Of a stretch of DNA of 64,000 nucleotides, positions 63,909-64,000 are shown piece by piece (the stretch's first letter is position 1; every line of letters begins with the position of its first letter). Below the pieces are notes generated by a model, which had not been told where the DNA came from, did not search any database, and worked only from the letters and a program-made list of their open reading frames with translations. Both the position numbers and the translations under genes were made by a program. Origin of the DNA: Strigamia acuminata (Eukaryota). The DNA lies in contig OX442314.1 in assembly GCA_949358305.1 (NCBI GenBank), positions 10,602,001 through 10,666,000 of the forward strand, written 5' to 3'.

Positions 63909-64000
63909 ATGGGTCGAATATTTCTGGATCACCTTGGCGGAAGTCGGTTGTTTTCGTGCGCGAGTTGTGACACGATTTTGACGAACAGAGCCGAACTAAT
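63909..64000 (+). CDS. YPEL5: Yippee-like 5 (yippee), N-terminal part, truncated by window end
   Basis: gcaaaATG opens [31 protein letters not shown], nearly identical to the YPEL5 N-terminus as I recall it ([31 protein letters not shown]), including the first zinc-binding CxxC. Confidence 0.95.
   Translation, partial: MGRIFLDHLGGSRLFSCASCDTILTNRAEL

Noticed and set aside
63757..63981. 74-aa ORF MSPSHK...
   Set aside because: Wrong frame and starts in an intron. The real frame is YPEL5 from 63909.

Overview
AT-rich animal genomic DNA (invertebrate, probably arthropod). There is no prokaryotic content and no CRISPR array. Three protein-coding genes are supported. (1) A complete 4-exon EHD1/Past1-type gene on the minus strand (59113-62978, 536 aa). 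(2) The start of YPEL5/yippee on the plus strand (63909 to window end), head-to-head with EHD and missed by the ORF track. (3) A minus-strand gene, also missed by the ORF track. Its 58-nt first coding exon (57244-57301, MGSNISTHFSALRLAPCCK) joins in phase to a 45-nt exon 51.7 kb away (5518-5562, GMAKQVKSGYMLRFK), which resembles the first strand of a PLEKHB/evectin-like PH domain. Most of the window is therefore one large intron. It is filled with non-autonomous DNA transposons (Tc1/mariner-, hAT-, piggyBac- and PIF/Harbinger-like MITEs), minisatellites, a 5S rRNA-derived SINE, a tRNA-like SINE head and a small Gypsy pol relic. The most unusual observations are a MITE family whose terminal arms carry subfamily-specific sequence that stays self-complementary, the 5S-derived SINE with compensatory helix changes, candidate recursive-splicing sites, and an unexplained CpG-rich island at 57860-58330. 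No novel multi-gene system can be demonstrated from sequence alone. All coordinates and alignments were done by eye.
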